Below are positions 1 to 8,499 of a stretch of 64,000 nucleotides of DNA, piece after piece. Below the pieces are notes generated by a model, which was not told where the DNA came from, made no database searches, and saw only the letters and a program-made list of their open reading frames with translations. Origin of the DNA: an uncultured archaeon. GTDB lineage: Archaea > Asgardarchaeota > Lokiarchaeia > Sigyniarchaeales > SOKP01. The number at the start of each line of letters is the position of its first letter. Positions within the stretch are counted from its first letter, which is position 1. Position numbers and translations under genes: made by a program. The stretch covers positions 96,001 to 160,000 of the forward strand of contig CAZALK010000005.1 in assembly GCA_964486045.1 (NCBI GenBank), read 5' to 3'.

Positions 1-1319
1 CTTTTTCGTAGTTGTGCAATTTCTAATCTCTGTTCAAGATTTTGCTTTTCCAATTCTTGAACAAACCCTTTAAGCTCCTTCAGTCTTAAAGATAACTGGG
101 GATCTTTTTGAGGAAGAGTTGGGGTTCGAATAATCTGACTATCGATTTGTTTTTGCAAATCATTTAGTTTTTGATCTCGTAAATTTAATTGATTTTCTAA
201 TTGTCTATATCGCTTTTTAATTTGGACTGCCTCATTCTTAATTGTCTCAATTTCTCCTTCTTTGGTTTTTAATTGTTTCTGTAAAAACATTGCCATCTCT
301 CTTTGCATTTTTAATTTTCCTTCCATCTCTTTCTGGGTTTCGCCTGTTCCGGATATTTCACCACTTTTATACTTCATAATTTGTTCCTGAAGTGATTTCA
401 CTTGAAATTTTGATTTGTTTAATTGATTTTGCAAATCTTCTCTTAATGTTTTGATCATTTCTGATGATACGACATCAATTTGATCAGATTTTTCAGAGAT
501 TTTACCTTTTGAGATTTTTTCATTTCTTAAATTTTCAATTTCAGTATTTTTTGTATCTATGAGATCGTTTAGTTCCTTAACTTGATCTTCTAACTTATTG
601 ATTTTTGTGATATCACTTTTTTTTCCTGATTTTTTAGCTTTTTTTGACAGTTTCTGCTTGAATTCGATTATTTCCCTCTTAGACTTATTAAGCTGTTTCT
701 GAAGATCTTCTATTAATTTTTTTGCTACCGAATCACCACTTTCACTATCAGAAGGAGAGCCCAGCTCTTTCAATTTTAGGTTTAGATCATTGATTTCTGA
801 TTTATAAATTTCGATAAGATTCTCATTTTCCTTTAGTTTTTCATCAAATTTTTCCGCCTCTTTGACGTGACGTCTTAGCTGAGTTATTTCTGATTTTTGT
901 TTGTTCACTATATCCTGTAAATCTTTTACTAGGGCATTTAAAGGAGCTTGTTGCCTAAAATCTTCTACTCTGATAACATTTGATTCTTCATGGAGTTTTC
1001 TAAATTTATCAAATTCTTGTTGAAGTCGGACTTTTTCTTTTCTTAGAAAACCCATTCTATCCTTTAAATCCCTGATATCTTCATCTTTTTCTTTAAATTT
1101 GAGAGCCAATTTTGAATTAAATGCTTGCTTCTTTTTGCTTTTTTTTTTCCCGCTTTCTTCAGGTGCAAGAGTTTGTAATTCCGTGATTTCTGCATCTAGT
1201 TGTTCTAGTTTGTAGAGATAATCGATAATTTCATTATCTCTATCTGCAAGTTCTTCCTCGAGTTCGCTAATTCTAGCCTCTAGTTCACCAATTCTGGCTT
1301 CAAGTGTCACTTCTGGCAT
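1..1319 (-). CDS. Long coiled-coil protein, 3' end runs off the window (>=439 aa; absent from ORF track)
   Basis: Manual translation from ATG at 1319: MPEVTLEARIGELEARISELEEELADRDNE..., open to position 1, E/K/Q/L heptad-rich, with recurring motif EDLQKQLNKSK / EDLQNQLNKSK / KDLQDIVNKQK. Confidence 0.85.
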   Translation of the reverse strand, partial: MPEVTLEARIGELEARISELEEELADRDNEIIDYLYKLEQLDAEITELQTLAPEESGKKKSKKKQAFNSKLALKFKEKDEDIRDLKDRMGFLRKEKVRLQQEFDKFRKLHEESNVIRVEDFRQQAPLNALVKDLQDIVNKQKSEITQLRRHVKEAEKFDEKLKENENLIEIYKSEINDLNLKLKELGSPSDSESGDSVAKKLIEDLQKQLNKSKREIIEFKQKLSKKAKKSGKKSDITKINKLEDQVKELNDLIDTKNTEIENLRNEKISKGKISEKSDQIDVVSSEMIKTLREDLQNQLNKSKFQVKSLQEQIMKYKSGEISGTGETQKEMEGKLKMQREMAMFLQKQLKTKEGEIETIKNEAVQIKKRYRQLENQLNLRDQKLNDLQKQIDSQIIRTPTLPQKDPQLSLRLKELKGFVQELEKQNLEQRLEIAQLRK

Positions 1320-1432
1320 ATTTAACAATCAACTATTTCTGGAAATTAATTTATTAATAAGAATATAGATTTTAAAATTTAACTCATTCTGTTTTATAAA
1401 TATTTTCTAACTATATAAGAAATAAGAAAATC

Positions 1433-3346
1433 TTAATATAAATCAAAATCTTTAATGGAAAATTTATTAATTTTTCTCATTATAGGAATAAGGCTGAGAT
1501 AATTAAATATTATAAATACAACCATTATAATAGTAAATATTGTAAGAGGAATATATAATGGAGGTAAGTAGACACGACCAAAAATAATGACCGAATTGAG
1601 TATCATGCCAATGCTTAAACTTATTAAAAGTGATGGAATAATGACAAATAAAGATTCAAAAAATAATATTCTTTTTAATGACTTGTTCTTAGCACCTACT
1701 GCTCTCATAATTAAGAAATCTCTTGCTTTTTCTATAATACCACCTTTTTGATAGTTATATAATACTAACACAGCTAGAATTGCTATTACAACTATTAAGA
1801 ACATGGGGTATAAAGAAAGATTTGACATAAAACTCAGATTTTTCCTGAATGTAGCATCTAATTTTAAATGAGTAAAATTAGTTCCTAATGTTAGGGATAT
1901 ATTGTCGAGTTCATTTTTGACTTCTTCATAAGATTCGGGCTTATATTTTAAAACAAGTAAATTTATTTCGTCATTCATTAGGTTAAGTATCAATCGGGAT
2001 TCGTTTATACCCATATAAGCAACCCAACCGGAGTAGAAACTGTCGATAACAACTCCGCTAATATGATATGAATTGCCAAAGGAACTAAGTTCTAAACTCT
2101 GATCTAAAGCATAATCGAACAAATTGTGAGCCAAACCATCCCCAATCGTAATATTATCTATTGCACCCTCATTAGTGAAAAAATTACCCTCCATTTCAAA
2201 GTTTTGGATAATTTGTTCTGGATTAACGCCAATAATTGGAATATCTGCTTCTCGATTTTGTCCAACTTGCCTAAATTCTTCTAATTCTGCAAAAAAATGT
2301 AATCCCAGCTTTTCTTCTACTTCATAAAAATTAATTAATCTCTCATCAAATTCTTCTACACCTTCAAAGCTTTTAATTTCATTTACTGCACTTAGATTAA
2401 ATAAATATTTTGAGTCTGTAAAGTTGATAACAGTATCATCTATTAAGATCTCCGGATTAGAAAACATCTGATACATTAGAGAATAATTATAGATGACTTC
2501 TTGATGCCCAAATATTACAATGTTTTCATTTTGAGACCTATGAATCCATTCCTCTGATGATGTTCTCAAAACAATTATACCTAATCCAAGAGTAAAGACA
2601 ATAATAGAAATTAATGAAAAAACAATCAGATATCTTCGAAATTCTCCCTTTCTTCTTAAAGTATTAGTAATTGACATTTTAATATTAATACCAAATGATG
2701 AAAGCCATTTTGGGATAAATTGGATTTTCTTCAAAGCATTGTAGTTATAAGGGATATCTTTTGAGAACGTTTTCATTATCTTTTCTTTCCCAATTTTTCT
2801 TAGGGTATAGCCTGTTACAATATAAATGCTAAAAAAGCAAGAAACAAATAAAATTGAGGTAAAAAGAACGTCAATTTGAAAGTTAATAGATATAAAGAAA
2901 CTATTCATAATCAAACTAAATATACCGAACGAAACCAGACCACATATTAACCCAAGGAAGAAACCTATAAGGAATATTATATAAACTTCGAGAAGATAAA
3001 AACTATACAGCCTACGGGGTAGCGTACCTAAAGCTTTCATAATCCCAATATCTTTTTTTTTGTTGATAATATGAGTTGTCGTAATTGTGACTACAATAAA
3101 GACTGCTAGAATCATAAACAAAATCTGAATTAGCGTGTTAAACTGTGTATATACAAGATTAATGCTTCCCGAGAAAAAATAATCATTGGAAAAAAGAGAT
3201 TTGGTAAAGATATTTAAACCTAAAGAGGAAGTAAAGTATATTAAGAACTCTGTAACTGCTATCACAAAAATTATTACTATTAAATAAGGAAAAGTTTGGT
3301 TTTTTTTACGATAGAAATCTTTAAGAGCAAAATCAAATGATGACAT
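1433..3346 (-). CDS. FtsX/MacB-family ABC transporter permease (two FtsX domains)
   Basis: Two copies of the KKKDIGIMKALG / ARDFLIMRAVG motif, multiple TM helices, extracytoplasmic domain; next to an ABC ATPase. Confidence 0.85.
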   Translation of the reverse strand: MSSFDFALKDFYRKKNQTFPYLIVIIFVIAVTEFLIYFTSSLGLNIFTKSLFSNDYFFSGSINLVYTQFNTLIQILFMILAVFIVVTITTTHIINKKKDIGIMKALGTLPRRLYSFYLLEVYIIFLIGFFLGLICGLVSFGIFSLIMNSFFISINFQIDVLFTSILFVSCFFSIYIVTGYTLRKIGKEKIMKTFSKDIPYNYNALKKIQFIPKWLSSFGINIKMSITNTLRRKGEFRRYLIVFSLISIIVFTLGLGIIVLRTSSEEWIHRSQNENIVIFGHQEVIYNYSLMYQMFSNPEILIDDTVINFTDSKYLFNLSAVNEIKSFEGVEEFDERLINFYEVEEKLGLHFFAELEEFRQVGQNREADIPIIGVNPEQIIQNFEMEGNFFTNEGAIDNITIGDGLAHNLFDYALDQSLELSSFGNSYHISGVVIDSFYSGWVAYMGINESRLILNLMNDEINLLVLKYKPESYEEVKNELDNISLTLGTNFTHLKLDATFRKNLSFMSNLSLYPMFLIVVIAILAVLVLYNYQKGGIIEKARDFLIMRAVGAKNKSLKRILFFESLFVIIPSLLISLSIGMILNSVIIFGRVYLPPLYIPLTIFTIIMVVFIIFNYLSLIPIMRKINKFSIKDFDLY

Positions 3347-3369
3347 TTGTGGGTTTTTAGATTTTTTTT

Positions 3370-4128
3370 CTAATTTAGGTTTCTTTCTTCTTCAATTATT
3401 TTCCCCTGATCAAATAAAATGACTTTGTCTGCAAGTGCTATTAAATCATCATCGTGGGTTGCAATTATGATTGTATTTTCACTATTTCTTAATTCTTTAA
3501 AAAGATCTCTAATAAAATGACTGGATTTTTTATCTAAATTCGCAGTAGGTTCATCAGCAAATATCACAGGGGGTTCATTTGCTAAGGCTCTAGCGATGGC
3601 TACTCTTTGCTGTTCACCTGCAGATAATTGGAAAGGTAAATGTTCTCTCCTATCACCAAGTCTCATCTTTTTTAATAATTTTGCTGCTCGATTTCTTTGT
3701 TCTTCAAATTTCATACCTGAGAGATTCATAGGAAACATCACATTTTCTTCAGCTGTTAGAGTGCTAATAAGATAATAATTTTGGAAGATGAATCCTGAAT
3801 TTATCAATCGAAATAAAGTTAAAGACTCTTGATCCATATCAGAAATTTTTACACCTTGGTTGTATATAATCCCAGAATTAGGAGAATCTAAACCCCCTAA
3901 TAGATTTAACAATGTTGTCTTTCCAGCACCGCTCGGACCTTTAATGGCAAGGCATTCACCATTCTTTACATTTAATGATACATTATCAACTGCTTTCACA
4001 ATAAAATCTCCAATTTCATAATGTTTTACGATTTCCTTACCTATAATAATCAGATCTTTCTCAATTAACTCCTTAGCCAAGTTTTTTTCACTTAAATTCT
4101 GGAGTTTTTCTATTGGATCCTCATCCAT
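3370..4128 (-). CDS. ABC transporter ATP-binding protein (LolD/MacB type)
   Basis: Walker A GPSGAGKT, signature LSAGEQQR, Walker B IFADEPT, H-loop ATHD. Confidence 0.95.
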   Translation of the reverse strand: MDEDPIEKLQNLSEKNLAKELIEKDLIIIGKEIVKHYEIGDFIVKAVDNVSLNVKNGECLAIKGPSGAGKTTLLNLLGGLDSPNSGIIYNQGVKISDMDQESLTLFRLINSGFIFQNYYLISTLTAEENVMFPMNLSGMKFEEQRNRAAKLLKKMRLGDRREHLPFQLSAGEQQRVAIARALANEPPVIFADEPTANLDKKSSHFIRDLFKELRNSENTIIIATHDDDLIALADKVILFDQGKIIEEERNLN

Positions 4129-4323
4129 TTCTCATTCCTCTCCAGTTTCAACTAATTTTAAGATCAGATTCGACCTTGCTAACATTTATATTCTTATGTT
4201 CACCAATTATACGAAGTTTACGCTGAACATAAATTTTGATGTAAAGAATTAATATTGTATTTTAATAATTTATGTTTGAATTTAAAATAAATTTAAATAT
4301 TAAAGTGTCATATTAATATTTCA

Positions 4324-4445
4324 GAGGGAAGATCGAGAAAATTATAAAATATCCCCTAATTTCCTAATTAAAATGGTAAGTAACTAAATTTAAAACAAAG
4401 TCTTAAACTTCCTTTTTAAGATTTTGATTTTTTCTCATCTCCCTC
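4324..4445. other. Possible structured intergenic element (long-range stem with inner hairpin)
   Basis: gagggaagatcgagaaaa (4324-4341) pairs with ttttctcatctccctc (4430-4445) with two bulges; inner hairpin aaagtcttaaa...tttaagatttt. Confidence 0.3.
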
Positions 4446-4565
4446 GTTCTCTTTTTTTAATTCAAGCCCTAAATAAGTGAATTTCACTAATTTTAAAAAA
4501 TAAAATTTAAAGGATTGTCTTAATTTATTACCAAATATAGTTATTAAGGAATACTTACATCGATA

Positions 4566-5213
4566 GTGAAGATTTTTATGGAATTTGAAAAATTAACTGA
4601 ACTGATCATTGAACTAGAGGTTGATGACATAGCTGATGCTGTAAAAGAAGCATTAGATGAAGGTAAAGAACCTTTTGATGTTATGGATGCTTTAACAAAA
4701 GGAATGGATGAAGTTGGTAAAAGATATGAAGAAAAAGAATACTATCTCACTGAACTAGTTTTAGCAGGAGAAACAATGAAAGAGGCATTTACAATTTTAA
4801 AACCTGCCTTAGCGGCTTCAGATACATCTACAGATAAAGTTAAAATAATTATAGGGACTGTTAAAGGAGATAATCACGATATTGGAAAAAATATTCTTGG
4901 TTCTCTCTTACTGAGCTCTGGATTCGAAATCTATGATTTAGGTATGGATGTGGATGAAAATACAATAGTAGAAACAGTTAAAGAAACAGGTGCCACTATT
5001 GTGGCGTTAAGTTCATTACTTACAATGACTGTAGAACATATAAAAGTTGTCCACGAGGCTTTAATAGCTGCAGGAATTCGAGATAAGGTAAAATTAATTG
5101 TGGGTGGTGCTCCATTAAATGAAGAACTCGCGAAAAAACTGGGAGCAGATGATTTTGCCGATGATGCAGTGGATGGAGTTAGACATATAAAAAAATTAGC
5201 GGGAAAAGGTTAA
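4566..5213 (+). CDS. Cobalamin-binding corrinoid protein (MtaC/MttC/MtbC-like); start may be ATG 4578
   Basis: B12 cap domain (GMDEVGKRYE...YYLTEL) plus DxHxxG motif GDNHDIGKN, SSLLT, IVGGAP. Confidence 0.92.
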   Translation: MKIFMEFEKLTELIIELEVDDIADAVKEALDEGKEPFDVMDALTKGMDEVGKRYEEKEYYLTELVLAGETMKEAFTILKPALAASDTSTDKVKIIIGTVKGDNHDIGKNILGSLLLSSGFEIYDLGMDVDENTIVETVKETGATIVALSSLLTMTVEHIKVVHEALIAAGIRDKVKLIVGGAPLNEELAKKLGADDFADDAVDGVRHIKKLAGKG

Positions 5214-5436
5214 GCTAATGAAATTTTAGTTTTTTATTGTATTTTAAAGACTTTCTTACTTTTTTTAATTAGAATTTTTGAGAGATTTATATTTTAAAAG
5301 ACCTTTATTTTAACTAGTTTATCTCAATTTTATTATTTTTCTTGAAATTGATTAAAATATAATGAGAACATTTATACTTTTTTATATTCCTTTATATCCC
5401 AAGGACCATAAAACAATATAGAGTTAACTTGAATAA

Positions 5437-5706
5437 ATGGAGGATAAAATTATGTCTGACGTAGAAAATAAGGAAATTGAATATGATGAACTCCTCGACA
5501 CAAGGGGCACGTATTGTCCACAACCCTTATTTGAAGTTAGAAATTTAAGTGAGAATCTTGAAATCGGACAGTGCTTTAAAGTCCTCGCAGATGATCCAGC
5601 AGCAGAAGAAGATCTTAAACGATGGGCCAAAAGAACAGAAACTAAATTGGTTGAATTTCAAAAAGATGGAGAAGATCTTATCTTTTACTTCAAAAAAGTT
5701 AAATAA
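5437..5706 (+). CDS. tusA: TusA/SirA-family sulfur carrier protein
   Basis: LDTRGTYCPQP motif and ADDP; stop overlaps the iscS start. Confidence 0.9.
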   Translation: MEDKIMSDVENKEIEYDELLDTRGTYCPQPLFEVRNLSENLEIGQCFKVLADDPAAEEDLKRWAKRTETKLVEFQKDGEDLIFYFKKVK

Positions 5707-6914
5707 TGGAGAAGAAAATTGTGAGTGTTTATTTAGATCATCAGGCAGCGAAACCGGTCGATGTTCGAGTCATTTCAGAGATGATTATTTATTTAAATCA
5801 AAAATTCGCCAACCCCTCATCTCTTCATTGTGAAGGAGATGATGCTACAGATGCTTTAGTAGAATTTCGTCGTAAAGTCGCTGAATTCATAAATGCCCCA
5901 GATCCAAGTTCAATTATATTCACATCAGGAGCAACTGAATCGAATAATCTTGCGTTAATCGGAGCAGCAATGAGATACAAAAAGAAAGGGAATCATATCA
6001 TAATTTCAGAGATAGAACATATTTCGATTTTAAATATTGCAAAGTATTTAGGACGACAAGGGTTTGAAGTTAGTAGAGTTCCTGTTGATCAGTATGGGAT
6101 TATTAGGCTTGATAAGCTTGAAAGATTAGTTACCGATAAGACCATTTTAATTTCCATCTCTACTGCGAGTAATGAAGTTGGATCCATTCAACCTATAAAG
6201 GAAATTAGCGATATTGCCATAAAAAATAAAGTCCTTTTTCATACTGATGCTGTAGCTAGTGAAAGTGTTATACCACTCGATGTTCAAGAAATTCCGGTTG
6301 ATCTGGTAACGTTATCATCAAATGAGATCTATGGACCGAGAGGTGTAGGTGCCTTATACTTGAAAAAGGGAATAAGAGTAAATCCGATAATAATTGGTGG
6401 AGGTCAGGAAAAAGGATTGAGATCTGGCTCCGAAAATATTCCAGGGATTGTAGGATTTGGAAAAGCTGCAGAAATAATGAAGGCTGAAATAAACGAGGAA
6501 TCTGTTAGACTAAGCTCTTTAAGAGATAAGTTAATTAATGGGATATTGGATACCATTCCAAAGTCTCATTTGAATGGTCATCCTGAAAAGAGACTACCTC
6601 ATAATGCACATTTTAGATTTGATTATATTGAGGGTGAATCTTTGATCCTCGGTCTGAAGGATGAAAAAATAGCCGCAGCCACAGGTTCGGCATGCTCATC
6701 AAAGACTTTAGAACCTTCCCATACTTTAATTTCTATGGGTTTACTGCATGAAGAAGCCCATGGGTCACTTGTGGTGTCTCTAGGAAGGGATACAAAAGAA
6801 GCACATATAGATAAATTAATTGAAAAACTACCGAAAATTGTTAAAAGGTTACGATTATTATCTCCCTTAACTCCTCCAGATTTAGTGAAAAATTACGACA
6901 AGGTGAATTATTAA
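5706..6914 (+). CDS. iscS: Cysteine desulfurase IscS/NifS family
   Basis: VYLDHQA, NPSSLH, FTSGATESNN, HTDAV, catalytic GSACSS; the usual PLP-lysine motif (S.HK.YGP) reads SSNEIYGP. Confidence 0.9.
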   Translation: MEKKIVSVYLDHQAAKPVDVRVISEMIIYLNQKFANPSSLHCEGDDATDALVEFRRKVAEFINAPDPSSIIFTSGATESNNLALIGAAMRYKKKGNHIIISEIEHISILNIAKYLGRQGFEVSRVPVDQYGIIRLDKLERLVTDKTILISISTASNEVGSIQPIKEISDIAIKNKVLFHTDAVASESVIPLDVQEIPVDLVTLSSNEIYGPRGVGALYLKKGIRVNPIIIGGGQEKGLRSGSENIPGIVGFGKAAEIMKAEINEESVRLSSLRDKLINGILDTIPKSHLNGHPEKRLPHNAHFRFDYIEGESLILGLKDEKIAAATGSACSSKTLEPSHTLISMGLLHEEAHGSLVVSLGRDTKEAHIDKLIEKLPKIVKRLRLLSPLTPPDLVKNYDKVNY

Positions 6915-6915
6915 A

Positions 6916-7716
6916 TTGAAATCAACACAATATACTGAAAAAGTTATGGATCATTTCCGAAATCCCCGAAATGTGGGTGTAATTGAGAGTCCTGACGGTT
7001 CGGGCGAAGTAGGTAATCCGGTTTGTGGAGATCTTATGTCTATTACTATTAAAGTTGGGAAAGATGAAGCTGGTGAAGAGATAATTGAAGATATTAAATT
7101 TCAAACATTTGGTTGCGGCTCAGCTATCGCAACTTCATCAATGGTAACAACAATGGCTAAAGGAATGAAAGTTGACGATGCTTATGAAATTACTCGGAAA
7201 GATGTTGCTGAAGAATTGGATGGTTTACCCCCAATAAAGATGCATTGTTCTAACTTAGCCGCTGATGCTCTAAAAGCTGCAATTGATAATTATAGAGGAA
7301 AGGCAGAAACATTTGTAGAAGTAGAATATAGAACTTGTGAAGCATCCGAACTTAAAATAATCCTGGGTATTGATGAATTTCTTGGTAAGGGAGTTTATAA
7401 GAAGAAAATTGAAGATTTCTCTGAGTTTAATAATAAAAGAGTATTGATAATTGACACGGGTGATGATTCTTTAGAGTATGCTCTAGAATTGACGAATCAT
7501 ACAGGCAGAGTCATTGTGGTTACGTCAGCTAAATCTGTTCGCGGTGCTGAAGACTTGCGGAGAAGAATAAAGAGGTCTGATGTAAAGATGATACATCAAT
7601 CTGATCTTTTAGAAGTTATAGGGACAGACGATGTTGAAAAAGTAAAAATACATGATTTTGATGAAGATGAGAATTACGAGCTCTTCATAGACGTAGTAAT
7701 AATTCTTGAGGAATAA
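6916..7716 (+). CDS. iscU: IscU/NifU Fe-S scaffold fused to a degenerate thioredoxin-reductase-like Rossmann domain
   Basis: YTEKVMDHFRNPRN, GNPVCGD, FGCGSAIA, KMHCS; the C-terminal ~125 aa aligns by eye with the NADPH domain of trxB at 34421. Confidence 0.88.
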   Translation: MKSTQYTEKVMDHFRNPRNVGVIESPDGSGEVGNPVCGDLMSITIKVGKDEAGEEIIEDIKFQTFGCGSAIATSSMVTTMAKGMKVDDAYEITRKDVAEELDGLPPIKMHCSNLAADALKAAIDNYRGKAETFVEVEYRTCEASELKIILGIDEFLGKGVYKKKIEDFSEFNNKRVLIIDTGDDSLEYALELTNHTGRVIVVTSAKSVRGAEDLRRRIKRSDVKMIHQSDLLEVIGTDDVEKVKIHDFDEDENYELFIDVVIILEE

Positions 7717-7746
7717 TTGAAAAACCTTTCATCAAATATCTCGGTA

Positions 7747-7795
7747 CTTTTTTTCTCTAATTTTTAAATTTAAAATCTTAAAATAGAGATTTCAT
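7747..7795 (+). repeat. 49-bp direct repeat, copy 1 (pairs with 8407-8455)
   Basis: ctttttttctctaatttttaaatttaaaatcttaaaatagagatttcat; 46/49 identical to copy 2. Confidence 0.9.
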
Positions 7796-7818
7796 GAGAG
7801 ATAAATTCAAATAGTTTG

Positions 7819-8205
7819 TTAATCCCCAGCTTTCAATGTTCCAGTGAATGTTTTAAACTGCTTAAAAATGGATAATTCTCCAAATATCTTCGCAAAAATA
7901 TTGACTGCGGATGCTGCCACGGGATGATCATTTTGACTTCTAGGAGTTTTGCCAAAGAAAATAACTATGCAATCACCTTGCATCCAATACCCAATATCTC
8001 CGACTTCACAGTCGATTTGAGTATTTTCAGCTGGGATGCTTAAACCTATTTTTTCATATAACGCCTCACCCCATCTTGCTAAATTTAAATCTAATGGGAG
8101 GGCATCAATTATTGCTTTCACTGTGTTTGGATTTTTAAAATTTAACAATTTTGCCTTTATCTGTCCGATTTTATCATTTTCAATTATTATTGAATTCATA
8201 ACCAA
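7819..8205 (-). CDS. Cyclophilin-like fold protein (DUF369/TM1367-like)
   Basis: NPNTVKAIIDALP, RWGEALY, GDIGYW...CIVIFFGKTP, PVAASAVN motifs. Confidence 0.8.
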   Translation of the reverse strand: MVMNSIIIENDKIGQIKAKLLNFKNPNTVKAIIDALPLDLNLARWGEALYEKIGLSIPAENTQIDCEVGDIGYWMQGDCIVIFFGKTPRSQNDHPVAASAVNIFAKIFGELSIFKQFKTFTGTLKAGD

Positions 8206-8406
8206 ATCAAAAAATTATTATTATTTAAAGATTAATATTTTTTCGTTGATTGTTTTTGGACCATATTCAAAGATATATATCAATCATAATTTACACTTAC
8301 AATTCATTATTTCTACATTTTAATCGTGATGATAAAAGTTTTTCATTCATATAGTAATAATTCTGGAGGAATCAGTATAATAACCTTTTTTTAATACAGA
8401 GAGACC

Positions 8407-8455
8407 CTTTTTTTCTCTCATTTTTAAATTTAAAATCTTAAAATGTAGATTTCAT
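8407..8455 (+). repeat. 49-bp direct repeat, copy 2 (pairs with 7747-7795)
   Basis: ctttttttctctcatttttaaatttaaaatcttaaaatgtagatttcat; exactly 660 bp from copy 1. Confidence 0.9.
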
Positions 8456-8499
8456 TTAATTAATCGTATAAAGTTGAAAGTACAATTTGAGAAATTAAG

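Noticed and set aside
4321-4565. Cobalamin riboswitch upstream of the corrinoid gene
   Set aside because: AGGGAA is present, but the following conserved elements (GGTG..AATCC, GCCACTG B12 box) are not; kept only as an unexplained structure.
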